A program made the position numbers and the translations under genes. The notes beneath the pieces were generated by a model. That model saw only the letters and a list, made by a program, of their open reading frames with translations, was not told the origin of the DNA and ran no database searches. Positions 28,493 to 38,093 of a stretch of 64,000 bases of DNA are shown here, piece by piece. Numbering within the stretch: the first letter of the stretch is position 1; every line of letters starts with the position of its first letter. This stretch comes from Candidatus Undinarchaeota archaeon (lineage in GTDB: Archaea > SpSt-1190 > JASMDC01). The stretch spans positions 96,001 through 160,000 of the forward strand of contig CAZFHY010000005.1 in assembly GCA_964519305.1 (NCBI GenBank). Reading direction: 5' to 3'.

Positions 28493-30664
28493 TTACTTCT
28501 TCTTCGAGGTCCTCTTCTTCTTGGGCGCTGCCTTCTTTGCTACCGCTTTCTTCTTGGTGGATTTCTTGGGGGCGGCCTTCTTCTTGGGCGCCGCTTTCTT
28601 CTTGGTTGCCGCCTTCTTCTTGGTGGGTTTCTTTGCGGGAGCCTTCTTCTTCGCAGCAGGAGCTTTCTCCTTGACAGGAGGTGCCGGTAAGGGCTCGGTC
28701 TCCTTCTCGCGCGCCTTCTCAGGTTCGGCTTCTGGTGCCTCCTTCTCTTCTGATGGGGGCGCTTCTGCTTCTTCCTCGGCCGATTCTCCCATGGTCTTAA
28801 TCTTGACCTTGGGTTCGAACGCCCCGGGGGGAGCGACGACGACGACCTCTGACCCGGGCTCCTCCTCCGCACGACGTTCAGGTCCGCTGGAGAGCTGGGT
28901 GTAGGTGATTATGAGGATAAGGGCAAGAACACCAAGGAGCAATGCCGAAGAGTCCCCCTTGTCGGTCGGGGTCTCGGGCTCGGCGGAAGGTGCAGGTGTC
29001 TGTGTAGGGAGCTCGATGTCGTCAGAATCCGTCGTGGTCGGTGTGCTTGTAGGCGTATCGGAAGTGGGCTCGGGCGTAGCCTCGATGGGCTCGACCGGCG
29101 TTGGTGTGGGCGGCGGGGGCGTGGGTGTCGGACAGGCGTCAAAACATGCCGACTCATCAGGGCACCACGTCTGGCCTTTACCGCAGCAATGGCCATCGGC
29201 ACAAATACCTGGGCACTCGGCATGCGCCAAGCACTCATCTCCGGTCTCCAGTGTACCGGCTATGTAGCATGTCCCGCCAACGCACTTGAGCCCTTCAACA
29301 CACTCCTCGTCCACGGTGCATGCCTCGCTCCGTTGAACAGTGGCCGGCTGGACGCATGTACCCACACATAGACCGCTTGCACACTGACGCTCGCAGGTGC
29401 AGGAGGTCCCGTCAGGTTGTGCGGGGAGCACGCATGCTTTAGCCTCTGCGCACCAGAACCGATCGCCTGGACAACATGTGCCCTCCACGCATACAAGGTG
29501 GTCACACTGCTCATTGCACACGCAGGAGTCGCCCTCACCGAGGATGTGCAGACCCTCGACACATTGTTCATTACAGAGCACACGACCCGGTTCGCATGTG
29601 TAGAGCTCATCGAAGATCGTAGCGTTCCCGTACGATATGCTCATGAGAGCGCTATCGATACCTAACTCGCACCGCGTCCCAGTCTCAGGACCACAGTCCC
29701 ACGAACCCTTCTCACGCATCTGGTCCGCATGCCCGAGGAACTCGGGCTTGAACTCACCGGCCTTGAGGTAAGCCTGGATGAGCACGGCCTGGTTCTGGCC
29801 GAGCCCGCACTTCCAGCCGGTGTCGGGGCCACAGTCCCGCGATCCGGTTGCGATAAGCTCGTCGATCCAGGTCAGGAGGGTTTCGTTGTGCAGATGTTCG
29901 ACCACGTGAACATAGGCATAAGTGAGCCACGCGGCCGAGACGGCATCGTTGCACCGCCAGCCTGTGTTCGGGCCGCACTCGGACGCGCCCTTGCGGAACA
30001 TCCCCTCTAGAGCCTCGAAATAGCTAGCCTCGCCGGTGAGCTCGTAAAGACGAGCGTAGCCCAGCATGTACGGTCCCTGTGAGTAGCCGAACTTGCATTG
30101 CCAGCCCGCCCTGGGGCCGCACTCGAGCGAGCCCTCATCACCGAGCTCCCGGGCCATCGCGAGGTCCTGCTCACGGCCAAGTACCTTGTAGGCCGTTGTG
30201 TAGGACAAGATCGTGAAACCCTGCATCTTACCATCACGACATCGAGCACCGAACTTACCACCGCAGTCCGTGGAGCCGGAATCGGCCAGACTCTCTAGAC
30301 CCTCTTTGAACTCGGTGAGGTTGGTGGCCTCGTAGGCCGCCGCGTACCCCAGCATCATCCATGTCTGAGGCCAGGCAGTACCACAGTTCCAGCCAGTGTG
30401 CTGTCCGCAGTCCGACGTTCCCATCGCGTGCAGTTCCTGCATGGCATTGAGATATGCCTCTTCACCCGTTTCCCTGTAGCGAAGGGCGTTGGCGAATATC
30501 AAGCTACCCATCGATTCACCGGTCTGACACTTCCATGTGGTCTTGGGTCCGCACTCTCGTGCACCCTCCAACAGGAAGTCGTCGGATGTAACCTCAATGG
30601 CGGTTGTCAGTGCGAGCACGCACACCAAGGCTATGACAGTAAACAGCCGGGAATCCGGGACCAT
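28493..30664 (-). CDS. Membrane-anchored surface protein: 7 x 46-48-aa Cys-loop repeats, Cys-rich region, Pro/Thr linker, TM helix, Lys/Ala-rich tail
   Basis: Signal peptide, GxxxCGxxxGWxC repeats, ALLLGVLALILIITY helix, KKAAPKKK tail; TTTATAA about 25 bp upstream. Confidence 0.8.
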   Translation of the reverse strand: MVPDSRLFTVIALVCVLALTTAIEVTSDDFLLEGARECGPKTTWKCQTGESMGSLIFANALRYRETGEEAYLNAMQELHAMGTSDCGQHTGWNCGTAWPQTWMMLGYAAAYEATNLTEFKEGLESLADSGSTDCGGKFGARCRDGKMQGFTILSYTTAYKVLGREQDLAMARELGDEGSLECGPRAGWQCKFGYSQGPYMLGYARLYELTGEASYFEALEGMFRKGASECGPNTGWRCNDAVSAAWLTYAYVHVVEHLHNETLLTWIDELIATGSRDCGPDTGWKCGLGQNQAVLIQAYLKAGEFKPEFLGHADQMREKGSWDCGPETGTRCELGIDSALMSISYGNATIFDELYTCEPGRVLCNEQCVEGLHILGEGDSCVCNEQCDHLVCVEGTCCPGDRFWCAEAKACVLPAQPDGTSCTCERQCASGLCVGTCVQPATVQRSEACTVDEECVEGLKCVGGTCYIAGTLETGDECLAHAECPGICADGHCCGKGQTWCPDESACFDACPTPTPPPPTPTPVEPIEATPEPTSDTPTSTPTTTDSDDIELPTQTPAPSAEPETPTDKGDSSALLLGVLALILIITYTQLSSGPERRAEEEPGSEVVVVAPPGAFEPKVKIKTMGESAEEEAEAPPSEEKEAPEAEPEKAREKETEPLPAPPVKEKAPAAKKKAPAKKPTKKKAATKKKAAPKKKAAPKKSTKKKAVAKKAAPKKKRTSKKK

Positions 30665-30703
30665 GGAGGTCTCACTCCGGTCAAAACCTTATAAAGGGAA
30701 CCC

Positions 30704-31321
30704 TCAGAGCACCCGTTCGATCTCCTCACGAGAGTACCCGAACTCCTTCATGGTGCTTCTTATCTCGTCGTCGGTGTGTCCTTTAGCACGACATTCTTCC
30801 ACGTACTCATGTGCCTCATCCATGGATTCGTCATCCTCCCCTGCATGGCGGCTGCGCCAGCGCAGTGCCACGACCGCTAGCATCAGGCCCGTGATGATGA
30901 GGACGATCAATGTTCTATAGGGTGCGAGCACGGCGACGACGCACGTCCCCCAGGGTAACATAAAGGGAAGAGAGGAGCACAGATCCCATGCCTTGCCCGT
31001 GTCCCGCCCGGCCACGACTGCGGCCGTGTCGATAAGGCACCAATCACGCCATGATGTGTTGTTTATGAGCCGGCAGGTCCCCATGGCGGTCTGGACGTTG
31101 GTCCTCGCGAGCACGGGAGCCACTTCAGCCAAACACTCGTCCAACCACACATCGTCCGACAAGGTAAGACACATGTCCACCCTCCCCTCTGGTGGAGCCC
31201 TTATACGATAGCAATGCTCCTGTTCCAGTCCGGGAGTTAGAAGGGTACAGTCGTCCACGCCCTGTGCTGTGGCTAGAACGACGAGCATGAAGATGGTGAT
31301 GAGCGTGCGAACACAGGACAT
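30704..31321 (-). CDS. Membrane protein with Cys-containing helical repeats and a short C-terminal helical module
   Basis: Signal peptide, C..L..W.D.CL..A repeats, TM helix, EYVEECRAKGHTDDEIR..GY; TATAAA 25 bp before ATG 31321. Confidence 0.65.
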   Translation of the reverse strand: MSCVRTLITIFMLVVLATAQGVDDCTLLTPGLEQEHCYRIRAPPEGRVDMCLTLSDDVWLDECLAEVAPVLARTNVQTAMGTCRLINNTSWRDWCLIDTAAVVAGRDTGKAWDLCSSLPFMLPWGTCVVAVLAPYRTLIVLIITGLMLAVVALRWRSRHAGEDDESMDEAHEYVEECRAKGHTDDEIRSTMKEFGYSREEIERVL

Positions 31322-31362
31322 CGGCCACCCATGAAGGTGACTCACTTTATATCGTTGTCGAT

Positions 31363-31894
<532 letters not shown>

Positions 31895-31906
31895 TGAGGG
31901 ATAATC

Positions 31907-32332
31907 ATGACAAAAGGATCAATTCGTCTCGGCATCGTTGCCGCGGAGTTCAACTACGACATCGTGTACGCTATGATGGAGCTGGCCAAGGAACATGCCA
32001 CGTTCCTTGATGCCAAGGTCACCCATGTCATCAAGGTACCCGGGGTGTTCGACATGCCCCTGGCCGTACGCACGCTACTGAAGAAGAATGACATCGACGC
32101 GGTCGTCACGCTCGGTGCCGTCATCGAGGGATCGACCGAGCACGACACGGTCGTGGCGAGCAATGCCAGCCGTCTCATCGCTGATATGTCCCTGGAGTTC
32201 GAGAAGCCCGTGGCGCTCGGTATCACCGGGCCCGGGATGTCCCGGCTCGAGGCCTCCCAGCGGGTGGCCAACGCCAAGCGCGCCGTAGAGGCCGCAGTGA
32301 AGATGACGCGCGTTGTGAAGGCGAACGCCTGA
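31907..32332 (+). CDS. ribH: 6,7-dimethyl-8-ribityllumazine synthase
   Basis: [39 protein letters not shown]. Confidence 0.94.
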   Translation: MTKGSIRLGIVAAEFNYDIVYAMMELAKEHATFLDAKVTHVIKVPGVFDMPLAVRTLLKKNDIDAVVTLGAVIEGSTEHDTVVASNASRLIADMSLEFEKPVALGITGPGMSRLEASQRVANAKRAVEAAVKMTRVVKANA

Positions 32333-33009
32333 TGGGTTCCCTCGACGAAGCACTGGCGGCCTTCAGGGAAGGCCGGATCGTGCTGGTTTTCGACCGGGAT
32401 GATAGGGAAGGGGAGACGGACATGCTCGTCTCCTCGCTCCACGTGACCCCTGCCCACGTGCGCACCATGCGACGGGACGCGGGAGGTCTCATATGCACCG
32501 CTCTCGGCCATGAGGAGTGCAAGGCCATAGGTATCCCCTTCATGACCGACGTGCTCTCCGAAGCTTCCCAACGGTTCCCTGTGCTCCCATCGCTCAGTCC
32601 ACATGACATCCCGTACGATGAGCGCTCGTCCTTCTCCATCACCGTGAACCACAGAAGGACCTTCACCGGCATCACCGACGATGACCGGGCGCTAACGATC
32701 AAGGAACTGGCCGCTCTGGTCGTTGACAGACGATTCGCCGAGTTCGGTTCCCTTTTCCGATCCCCGGGCCACGTGCCTCTTCTACGGGGCGCGGACGGGC
32801 TGCTCGATGTCCGTCAGGGGCATACCGAGATCACCCTCGCGATGGCGGACATGGCGGGGCTTCCACAGGTCACCACCATATGCGAGATGATGGCTGATAC
32901 AGGAAAAGCCCTTCCTCCAAGTGAGGCTCAGGGTTATGCTGAGAAACACCGGCTCCCCTTCATCAGCTGCGATGAGATCATGGATGCCTGGCGGGAGGAG
33001 CGACCATGA
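32332..33009 (+). CDS. ribB: 3,4-dihydroxy-2-butanone-4-phosphate synthase
   Basis: DDREGETD, GGLIC, PYDERSSF, TGITDDDRA, FRSPGH, RQGHTE, CEM. Confidence 0.94.
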   Translation: MGSLDEALAAFREGRIVLVFDRDDREGETDMLVSSLHVTPAHVRTMRRDAGGLICTALGHEECKAIGIPFMTDVLSEASQRFPVLPSLSPHDIPYDERSSFSITVNHRRTFTGITDDDRALTIKELAALVVDRRFAEFGSLFRSPGHVPLLRGADGLLDVRQGHTEITLAMADMAGLPQVTTICEMMADTGKALPPSEAQGYAEKHRLPFISCDEIMDAWREERP

Positions 33010-33758
33010 TCCAGATGAGCCTGGTCCAGATAGATAACTACGGTCCCTGGACGGTGGATCCCGCTCCCAAACGTGAGGCCGACATCCAGATACTCCAGTC
33101 GTCATTCTACGCTGATGTCCAGCACCAGTTCTCCAGCAGGGATGGTCTAGCTTTCGCCACCCGGTTCGACAACATCCTGGCCATCTCCAACGGTATCGAT
33201 AAGGAGGCGCACCTCCGCATCCAACAGAGCCTTCACGCTCGCTACCCATTCACGTTGAGCATCGGAGTGGGTGCTGGGCGTACAGCGCTAGAGGCCCAGG
33301 AGGAGGCAACTCGTCACATCCATAAGGCGGGCTCGGCCCAGTCCTCGCGCACTGCGGTCGTCGAGGGCTCCTTTCTTGACTCGGGTCAAGTTGACATCGG
33401 CCACTTCGACATCGATGATGCTACAGGTACGATCACCGACGTGCTCTCCGCCTACGATGCCTACCTGGCTGTGAAACGGGCCTACCTCACCCTTGCCCAG
33501 GGGCTACGTGAGCTCGGAGCAACCGCGTTCTTCGTTGGTGGGGACAACGTCATCGCACCCATCAACGGCGTGGACAAGAAGGACATCTGTGCGCTCCTCA
33601 ACCGGCTCAAGGAACATGAGGACGTTCCGCTAAAGGTCGGATTCGGAACAGGTTCCAACGCCCATGAGGCGGACCTTGCTGCAAAGCACGAGCTCGAGCA
33701 CATCAGGTCGCTCAACGGAGCGGCCAGGGTAGCGGCATCGTGCAGGCATCAGGTTTAA
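33006..33758 (+). CDS. gch3: GTP cyclohydrolase III
   Basis: QIDNYGPWT..P.RE..Q.LQ, RFDN, HFDIDD.T, FFVGGDN, LKVGFG. Confidence 0.9.
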   Translation: MIQMSLVQIDNYGPWTVDPAPKREADIQILQSSFYADVQHQFSSRDGLAFATRFDNILAISNGIDKEAHLRIQQSLHARYPFTLSIGVGAGRTALEAQEEATRHIHKAGSAQSSRTAVVEGSFLDSGQVDIGHFDIDDATGTITDVLSAYDAYLAVKRAYLTLAQGLRELGATAFFVGGDNVIAPINGVDKKDICALLNRLKEHEDVPLKVGFGTGSNAHEADLAAKHELEHIRSLNGAARVAASCRHQV

Positions 33759-33785
33759 AAGCCCCGCCTGATTCATCCCACGACG

Positions 33786-34295
33786 ATGATCGTCCCGCGA
33801 CGCGTGTTCCTGACAGCAGGCCGAGGGCAGCATCCCGACCGCATCCACGCCTTCGAGCTGGCGCTCCGGGACGCGGGGATCGAACAGTGCAACCTCGTGC
33901 CCGTCTCCAGTGTCCTCCCACCGGGGTGCCGGATCGTGGACTGCGAGGAGGGGACCGCAGCCCTGGTACCGGGAGCCATCACGTTCTGTGTCATGGCACG
34001 TGATGAGAGCAATGTTGAAGGCGCCCCTCTGTCTGCTTCTGTTTGCATCGCCGTCCCCAAGGACACTTCACGCCATGGTTATATCGGCGAGTGCGCTGGA
34101 AACGGTCGATCCCTGAAAGAGATTGAGGCCGATGCACGCGAACTCGCACAGGGTATGATGGCCACGTCCTCGGAAATCGACAACTCGCGCGCCGATGAGG
34201 TCTGTGCGGCAGCCCCCACCATCTCCTGCGTAACCAGGGTAAAAGAGGGTGTGTGGAACGTGGCGGTCGCCGTGGCTGTCTTCCTTGAGAACTAG
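33786..34295 (+). CDS. pdaD: Pyruvoyl-dependent arginine decarboxylase
   Basis: FELALRDAGI..NLVPVSSVLPP (Ser-Ser autocleavage site), GYIGE. Confidence 0.88.
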   Translation: MIVPRRVFLTAGRGQHPDRIHAFELALRDAGIEQCNLVPVSSVLPPGCRIVDCEEGTAALVPGAITFCVMARDESNVEGAPLSASVCIAVPKDTSRHGYIGECAGNGRSLKEIEADARELAQGMMATSSEIDNSRADEVCAAAPTISCVTRVKEGVWNVAVAVAVFLEN

Positions 34296-34960
34296 TCCCT
34301 GTGTAGCACCCGGTAACGCAGGAGCACCTCGGTCCCTATCACTTCGAAGTCCTCCAGCTCAAGATGAGGTGCGTCGTCGACCGACATCACGCCCTCTCCT
34401 CCAACCAGCGGCACCGAATCCGTCCCACCTATGACAAACGGAGCGACCGTGAGATGGACCTTGTCCACTAGACCGGCCGCGAACATAGCAGCGTTAAGTC
34501 CACCCCCGCCCTCCAACATCGCAGTGCGTACACCGCGCGCGGCCAGATCATCGAGCATTGCCGCCAGGTCGACGTGCCCCTCTCCCAACACAACTACATC
34601 GCACGTCTCACGCAGAGCGGCGATCCTTGCTGATGGTGCTTTTCGTGATACGTAGACCACTGTGGGCGCACCATCATCGAGCACACGAGCACCCAAAGGT
34701 GTCCTGGCCCTGCCGTCCACAACGACACGCAAGGGGCTCGGGCCGTCCACGAGGCGGGTCGTGAGGCTGGGGTCGTCGGCCAGCACTGTCCCAGAACCCA
34801 CCAGGATAGCGTCAACTCTGGCGCGGAGGGCGTGCACGCGGACAAGGTCATCCGGGCTCGATATGCGTGAATCGCCTGCTCGCGTCGATATCCTCCCGTC
34901 CAGGCTCATGGCCGACGAGAGTACGATCTCAGGCTTCGAGGTCCCCGGTTTTGATGACAT
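34292..34960 (-). CDS. ribD: 2,5-diamino-6-ribosylamino-pyrimidinone 5'-phosphate reductase (RibD C-terminal / ArfC type)
   Basis: AMSLDGRI, VHALRA, VGSGTVLADDPSLT, EGGG.LN, APFVIGG; no deaminase domain. Confidence 0.88.
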   Translation of the reverse strand: MSSKPGTSKPEIVLSSAMSLDGRISTRAGDSRISSPDDLVRVHALRARVDAILVGSGTVLADDPSLTTRLVDGPSPLRVVVDGRARTPLGARVLDDGAPTVVYVSRKAPSARIAALRETCDVVVLGEGHVDLAAMLDDLAARGVRTAMLEGGGGLNAAMFAAGLVDKVHLTVAPFVIGGTDSVPLVGGEGVMSVDDAPHLELEDFEVIGTEVLLRYRVLHRD

Positions 34961-36248
34961 CGTTCACCGTCTTCCCGAGCTTGTCCACAGGAACACGCTC
35001 TTCATCGCCGGAGGTCATGTTCCGCAGCACGACCACACCCTCCTTCAGGTCCCGAGGGCCCACCACGAGCACGTAGGGGACGCCCATGATGTCGGCGTAC
35101 TCGAAGAGCTTGCCCAGCTTCCGGCCACGGAGGTCCAGGTCGGTCGCGATTCCAGCGCCCCGGAGCACCTGTGCCAGCTCAATGGCCTTCGACCGCATCG
35201 TATCGTTCACGGGTGCAACCAGCACTCGGGCCATGGTCCGTGTGTCGGGGACCATCTTCCGTTCGATCATGATCGCCATGAGACGCTCGATACCAAGGGA
35301 TATGCCCACTGCGGGTTGTGGTTGAGCGCCGTACATCCCGATAAGACCGTCGTAGCGCCCGCCTCCCGAGACGCTCCCCACGCCACCTTCGGGGATGTTG
35401 GCTTCGAAGATCGGTCCGGTATAATAGGATAGGCCTCGAACCAAAGACAGGTCGATGACCACTTCGTCACTGATACCGAAAGCATTGAGATGATCTGCGA
35501 TCTGGCGGAGCTCATCGATGCCCTGTTTTCCCAGCGGGTGCTCGCCAACAAGTTCCTCGGCCTTGGACAGCACCTCCCCGGGAGGGCCTGAAATCTCGAT
35601 GAAGTCAAGGATGGACTCGATAGCATCGAACTCGATGCCCTTCTCCTCCATCTCCTCCCACACGCCCTTGCGTCCGATCTTGTCGATCTTGTCCATGGCT
35701 CGGAAGGCTGCCGGGATGAGTTCCTCGGGAATGCCGCACACGGCCGCCAGCGCCTCTAACAGCTTGCGATGATTGATCCTCACCTGGAAACTTGCGAACC
35801 CGAGAGCGCGCAGGCACTCGACCGCGACCGCGACCGCCTCGGCATCTGCGAGCATCAATGGAGAACCCACGACGTCCACGTCGGCCTGCCAGAACTCGCG
35901 GTATCGCCCTTTCTGCTGGCGCTCGTACCGCCAGACCCTGGAGATATGGTAACGCTTGAAAGGCATCGGGAGATTCGGGTTCTGGGCCACGAGCCGGGCC
36001 AGAGGCGTGGTTAGATCGAAGCGTAATCCCAGCTTCCTGCCGGACTTGTCCTCGAAGGCGTAGATCTGCTCGTCGACCTCATCACCGCCCTTGCAGGTCA
36101 GCGTCTCAAGGTGCTCGAACGCCGGCGTCTCGATGGGTGAGTATCCATAGCGGGCAAAGATGCCCTCGATGACCTGGATGACGTGCTTGCGGGCGATCAT
36201 GACCTCGGGAAGGAAATCACGCGTACCGCGGGGCGTCTTGAGCTCCAT
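34929..36248 (-). CDS. hisS: Histidyl-tRNA synthetase
   Basis: RGTRDF, LRFDLT, WRYER..GRYREFWQ.D, RGLSYYTG, GGGRYD, GIER. Confidence 0.97.
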   Translation of the reverse strand: MELKTPRGTRDFLPEVMIARKHVIQVIEGIFARYGYSPIETPAFEHLETLTCKGGDEVDEQIYAFEDKSGRKLGLRFDLTTPLARLVAQNPNLPMPFKRYHISRVWRYERQQKGRYREFWQADVDVVGSPLMLADAEAVAVAVECLRALGFASFQVRINHRKLLEALAAVCGIPEELIPAAFRAMDKIDKIGRKGVWEEMEEKGIEFDAIESILDFIEISGPPGEVLSKAEELVGEHPLGKQGIDELRQIADHLNAFGISDEVVIDLSLVRGLSYYTGPIFEANIPEGGVGSVSGGGRYDGLIGMYGAQPQPAVGISLGIERLMAIMIERKMVPDTRTMARVLVAPVNDTMRSKAIELAQVLRGAGIATDLDLRGRKLGKLFEYADIMGVPYVLVVGPRDLKEGVVVLRNMTSGDEERVPVDKLGKTVNDVIKTGDLEA

Positions 36249-36348
36249 AGCCCGGAGGACAAGGCCAAGCTTTTCAAACTTTCCGAAGCCGGCCCGCGGA
36301 TAAATTTATTAAAGAACCCGGCACTCCCATCGCGCAGGTGTCCCATCG

Positions 36349-38088
36349 ATGGCGAAGAAGGACAAGAAGCCCTCCAAGAAGAAAGATGATAATGTGATGG
36401 AGGCTCTCCACGAGATCGAAGAGACCGAGCATCGTATCGAGGAGGTTGAGCATCGCATCGAGGAGGAGGAGCACATCATCGAGAACGAGCTCCACCAGTT
36501 AAGGGAGGAGCAGCGTGCCATGGACATCTGGATCATTCTTGTAGTAGTGCTGGGCATCATCATAACCATCGGTGCCATCGGATACTACTTCCAACAGGGA
36601 CGCACACTGCCCACGGACCGACCGGTCCCGACCATCATGCCCACGGCGGGCCCGGGAGAGATCCCGAGCTTGGATACTCTGGGCCCCTCATCACTGCTCG
36701 ACAGCGCTCGTGTCCCACTCAGTGACCTGGGCGGGGCTTCCTGCGGAGCCAACATCACGCTCTTCTCTGCTCCGAGCTCGCTCAACTCGGTAAAGGCGCG
36801 CGATGCCCTGCTGCGCATGGGCGAGCGCATCACGTTCACAGAGGCCTGCATCGGATTCAATCCTCAGGATGCGGCCGATTGCGAGCGGCTCGATGGTGCT
36901 GAGACGTTCGCACGCACTATGGGACTGGTCCGCAGGCTCAATGCAACAGGAGCCTTCACCGGCGTGCCTACTGAACTCATCGGGTGCCGCTACCTCCGCT
37001 CGGGCACATTCGCCCACTTGAGCCAGAAGGCCGAGGACGCTGAGCTGGAGACGCTGATATGCGCCCTCTCCGATCCCATGCCAGATTGGTGTGGGGTGGA
37101 TGTCCGTTATGCTCGTCCACCCGGCTGCACGACCTGCGAGTCGTTCGATAAGCTGGTCGCAGCAATCTCCAATCCCCGTGCACGACTGGTCGATGGTACG
37201 GCAACCCAGATGGCGGGTCGCGAGCCTCCTTATATTCTCATGCCAAAGGAACTCCTCTACTACGACACCCGACTGTCCAAGACAGTCGAGAGTCTCATCT
37301 TAGGGGAGATGGGGAGCATCACCTATACCGCTATGGAGAACCACTGGGTGTTCATCCCGCCCCAGGACCTGGTGGCGACCCTAGTAGAGGAGCCTTGCCC
37401 GATCTGCCCCATATCGCCTCTTGGCGATGTTATCAAGGACATCCAATCCGTTGGTGGCCGGATCGTTGAGGGCGATAAGTCCAATATGCGGCCCATCGCT
37501 TCAGCGCTATATATCGAAGCTGAAGCGGTCCGCTCCAACTACCCCGCTATCCAGGCACTGCTCAACAAGTATAAGGGCCTGCTGCACTTCATGAACCTGG
37601 ACGAGACGGACCCGAACACTCCGCTGGTGATCGCCCCGCTCATCTATGCCCGTGATGACAACTCCTGCGGCAACGCCACAGACGCATACCTCTTCGTGTT
37701 CTATACGCCGAACGATGCGGCCTCCGAAGGGGTCGCCCTGACCAGTCAGGTCCTGACCGAGCTGTTCGATGACGCCTTGCATATCCGTACTGAGTGCGTC
37801 AAGACCAAAGAGGGTGACGCCACGATCTGTGCGGCCGACGATCCCGAGAGCTACATGGAAGCCGAGCAGCTGCGCGCCATCTTCGGAATACGTAACGTCC
37901 CCGCATATGTGTTCAACTGCCGGTATGTCTGGCCTGATACCCAATTCACCGACGATCCCAATGTCAACAAGGACCGGGTCGTTGCAGAGGTAGAGGTTCT
38001 GCGTAAGAACCTGTGCATACTCCTTGATCATAACAACACCGCGTGCGGCGAGATACACGGCTCATTAGCGATCCCGGATATGGGTTGA
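36349..38088 (+). CDS. Membrane-anchored multi-domain thioredoxin-like protein with an N-terminal His-heptad coil
   Basis: One TM helix; CTTC and CPIC motifs; duplicated GVPT..CRY / NVPA..CRY segments. Confidence 0.6.
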   Translation: MAKKDKKPSKKKDDNVMEALHEIEETEHRIEEVEHRIEEEEHIIENELHQLREEQRAMDIWIILVVVLGIIITIGAIGYYFQQGRTLPTDRPVPTIMPTAGPGEIPSLDTLGPSSLLDSARVPLSDLGGASCGANITLFSAPSSLNSVKARDALLRMGERITFTEACIGFNPQDAADCERLDGAETFARTMGLVRRLNATGAFTGVPTELIGCRYLRSGTFAHLSQKAEDAELETLICALSDPMPDWCGVDVRYARPPGCTTCESFDKLVAAISNPRARLVDGTATQMAGREPPYILMPKELLYYDTRLSKTVESLILGEMGSITYTAMENHWVFIPPQDLVATLVEEPCPICPISPLGDVIKDIQSVGGRIVEGDKSNMRPIASALYIEAEAVRSNYPAIQALLNKYKGLLHFMNLDETDPNTPLVIAPLIYARDDNSCGNATDAYLFVFYTPNDAASEGVALTSQVLTELFDDALHIRTECVKTKEGDATICAADDPESYMEAEQLRAIFGIRNVPAYVFNCRYVWPDTQFTDDPNVNKDRVVAEVEVLRKNLCILLDHNNTACGEIHGSLAIPDMG

Positions 38089-38093
38089 GTATC

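Noticed and set aside
28495-28660. TTCTTCTTGG-type repeats as CRISPR or satellite DNA
   Set aside because: Irregular, no spacers; they encode the Lys/Ala tail.
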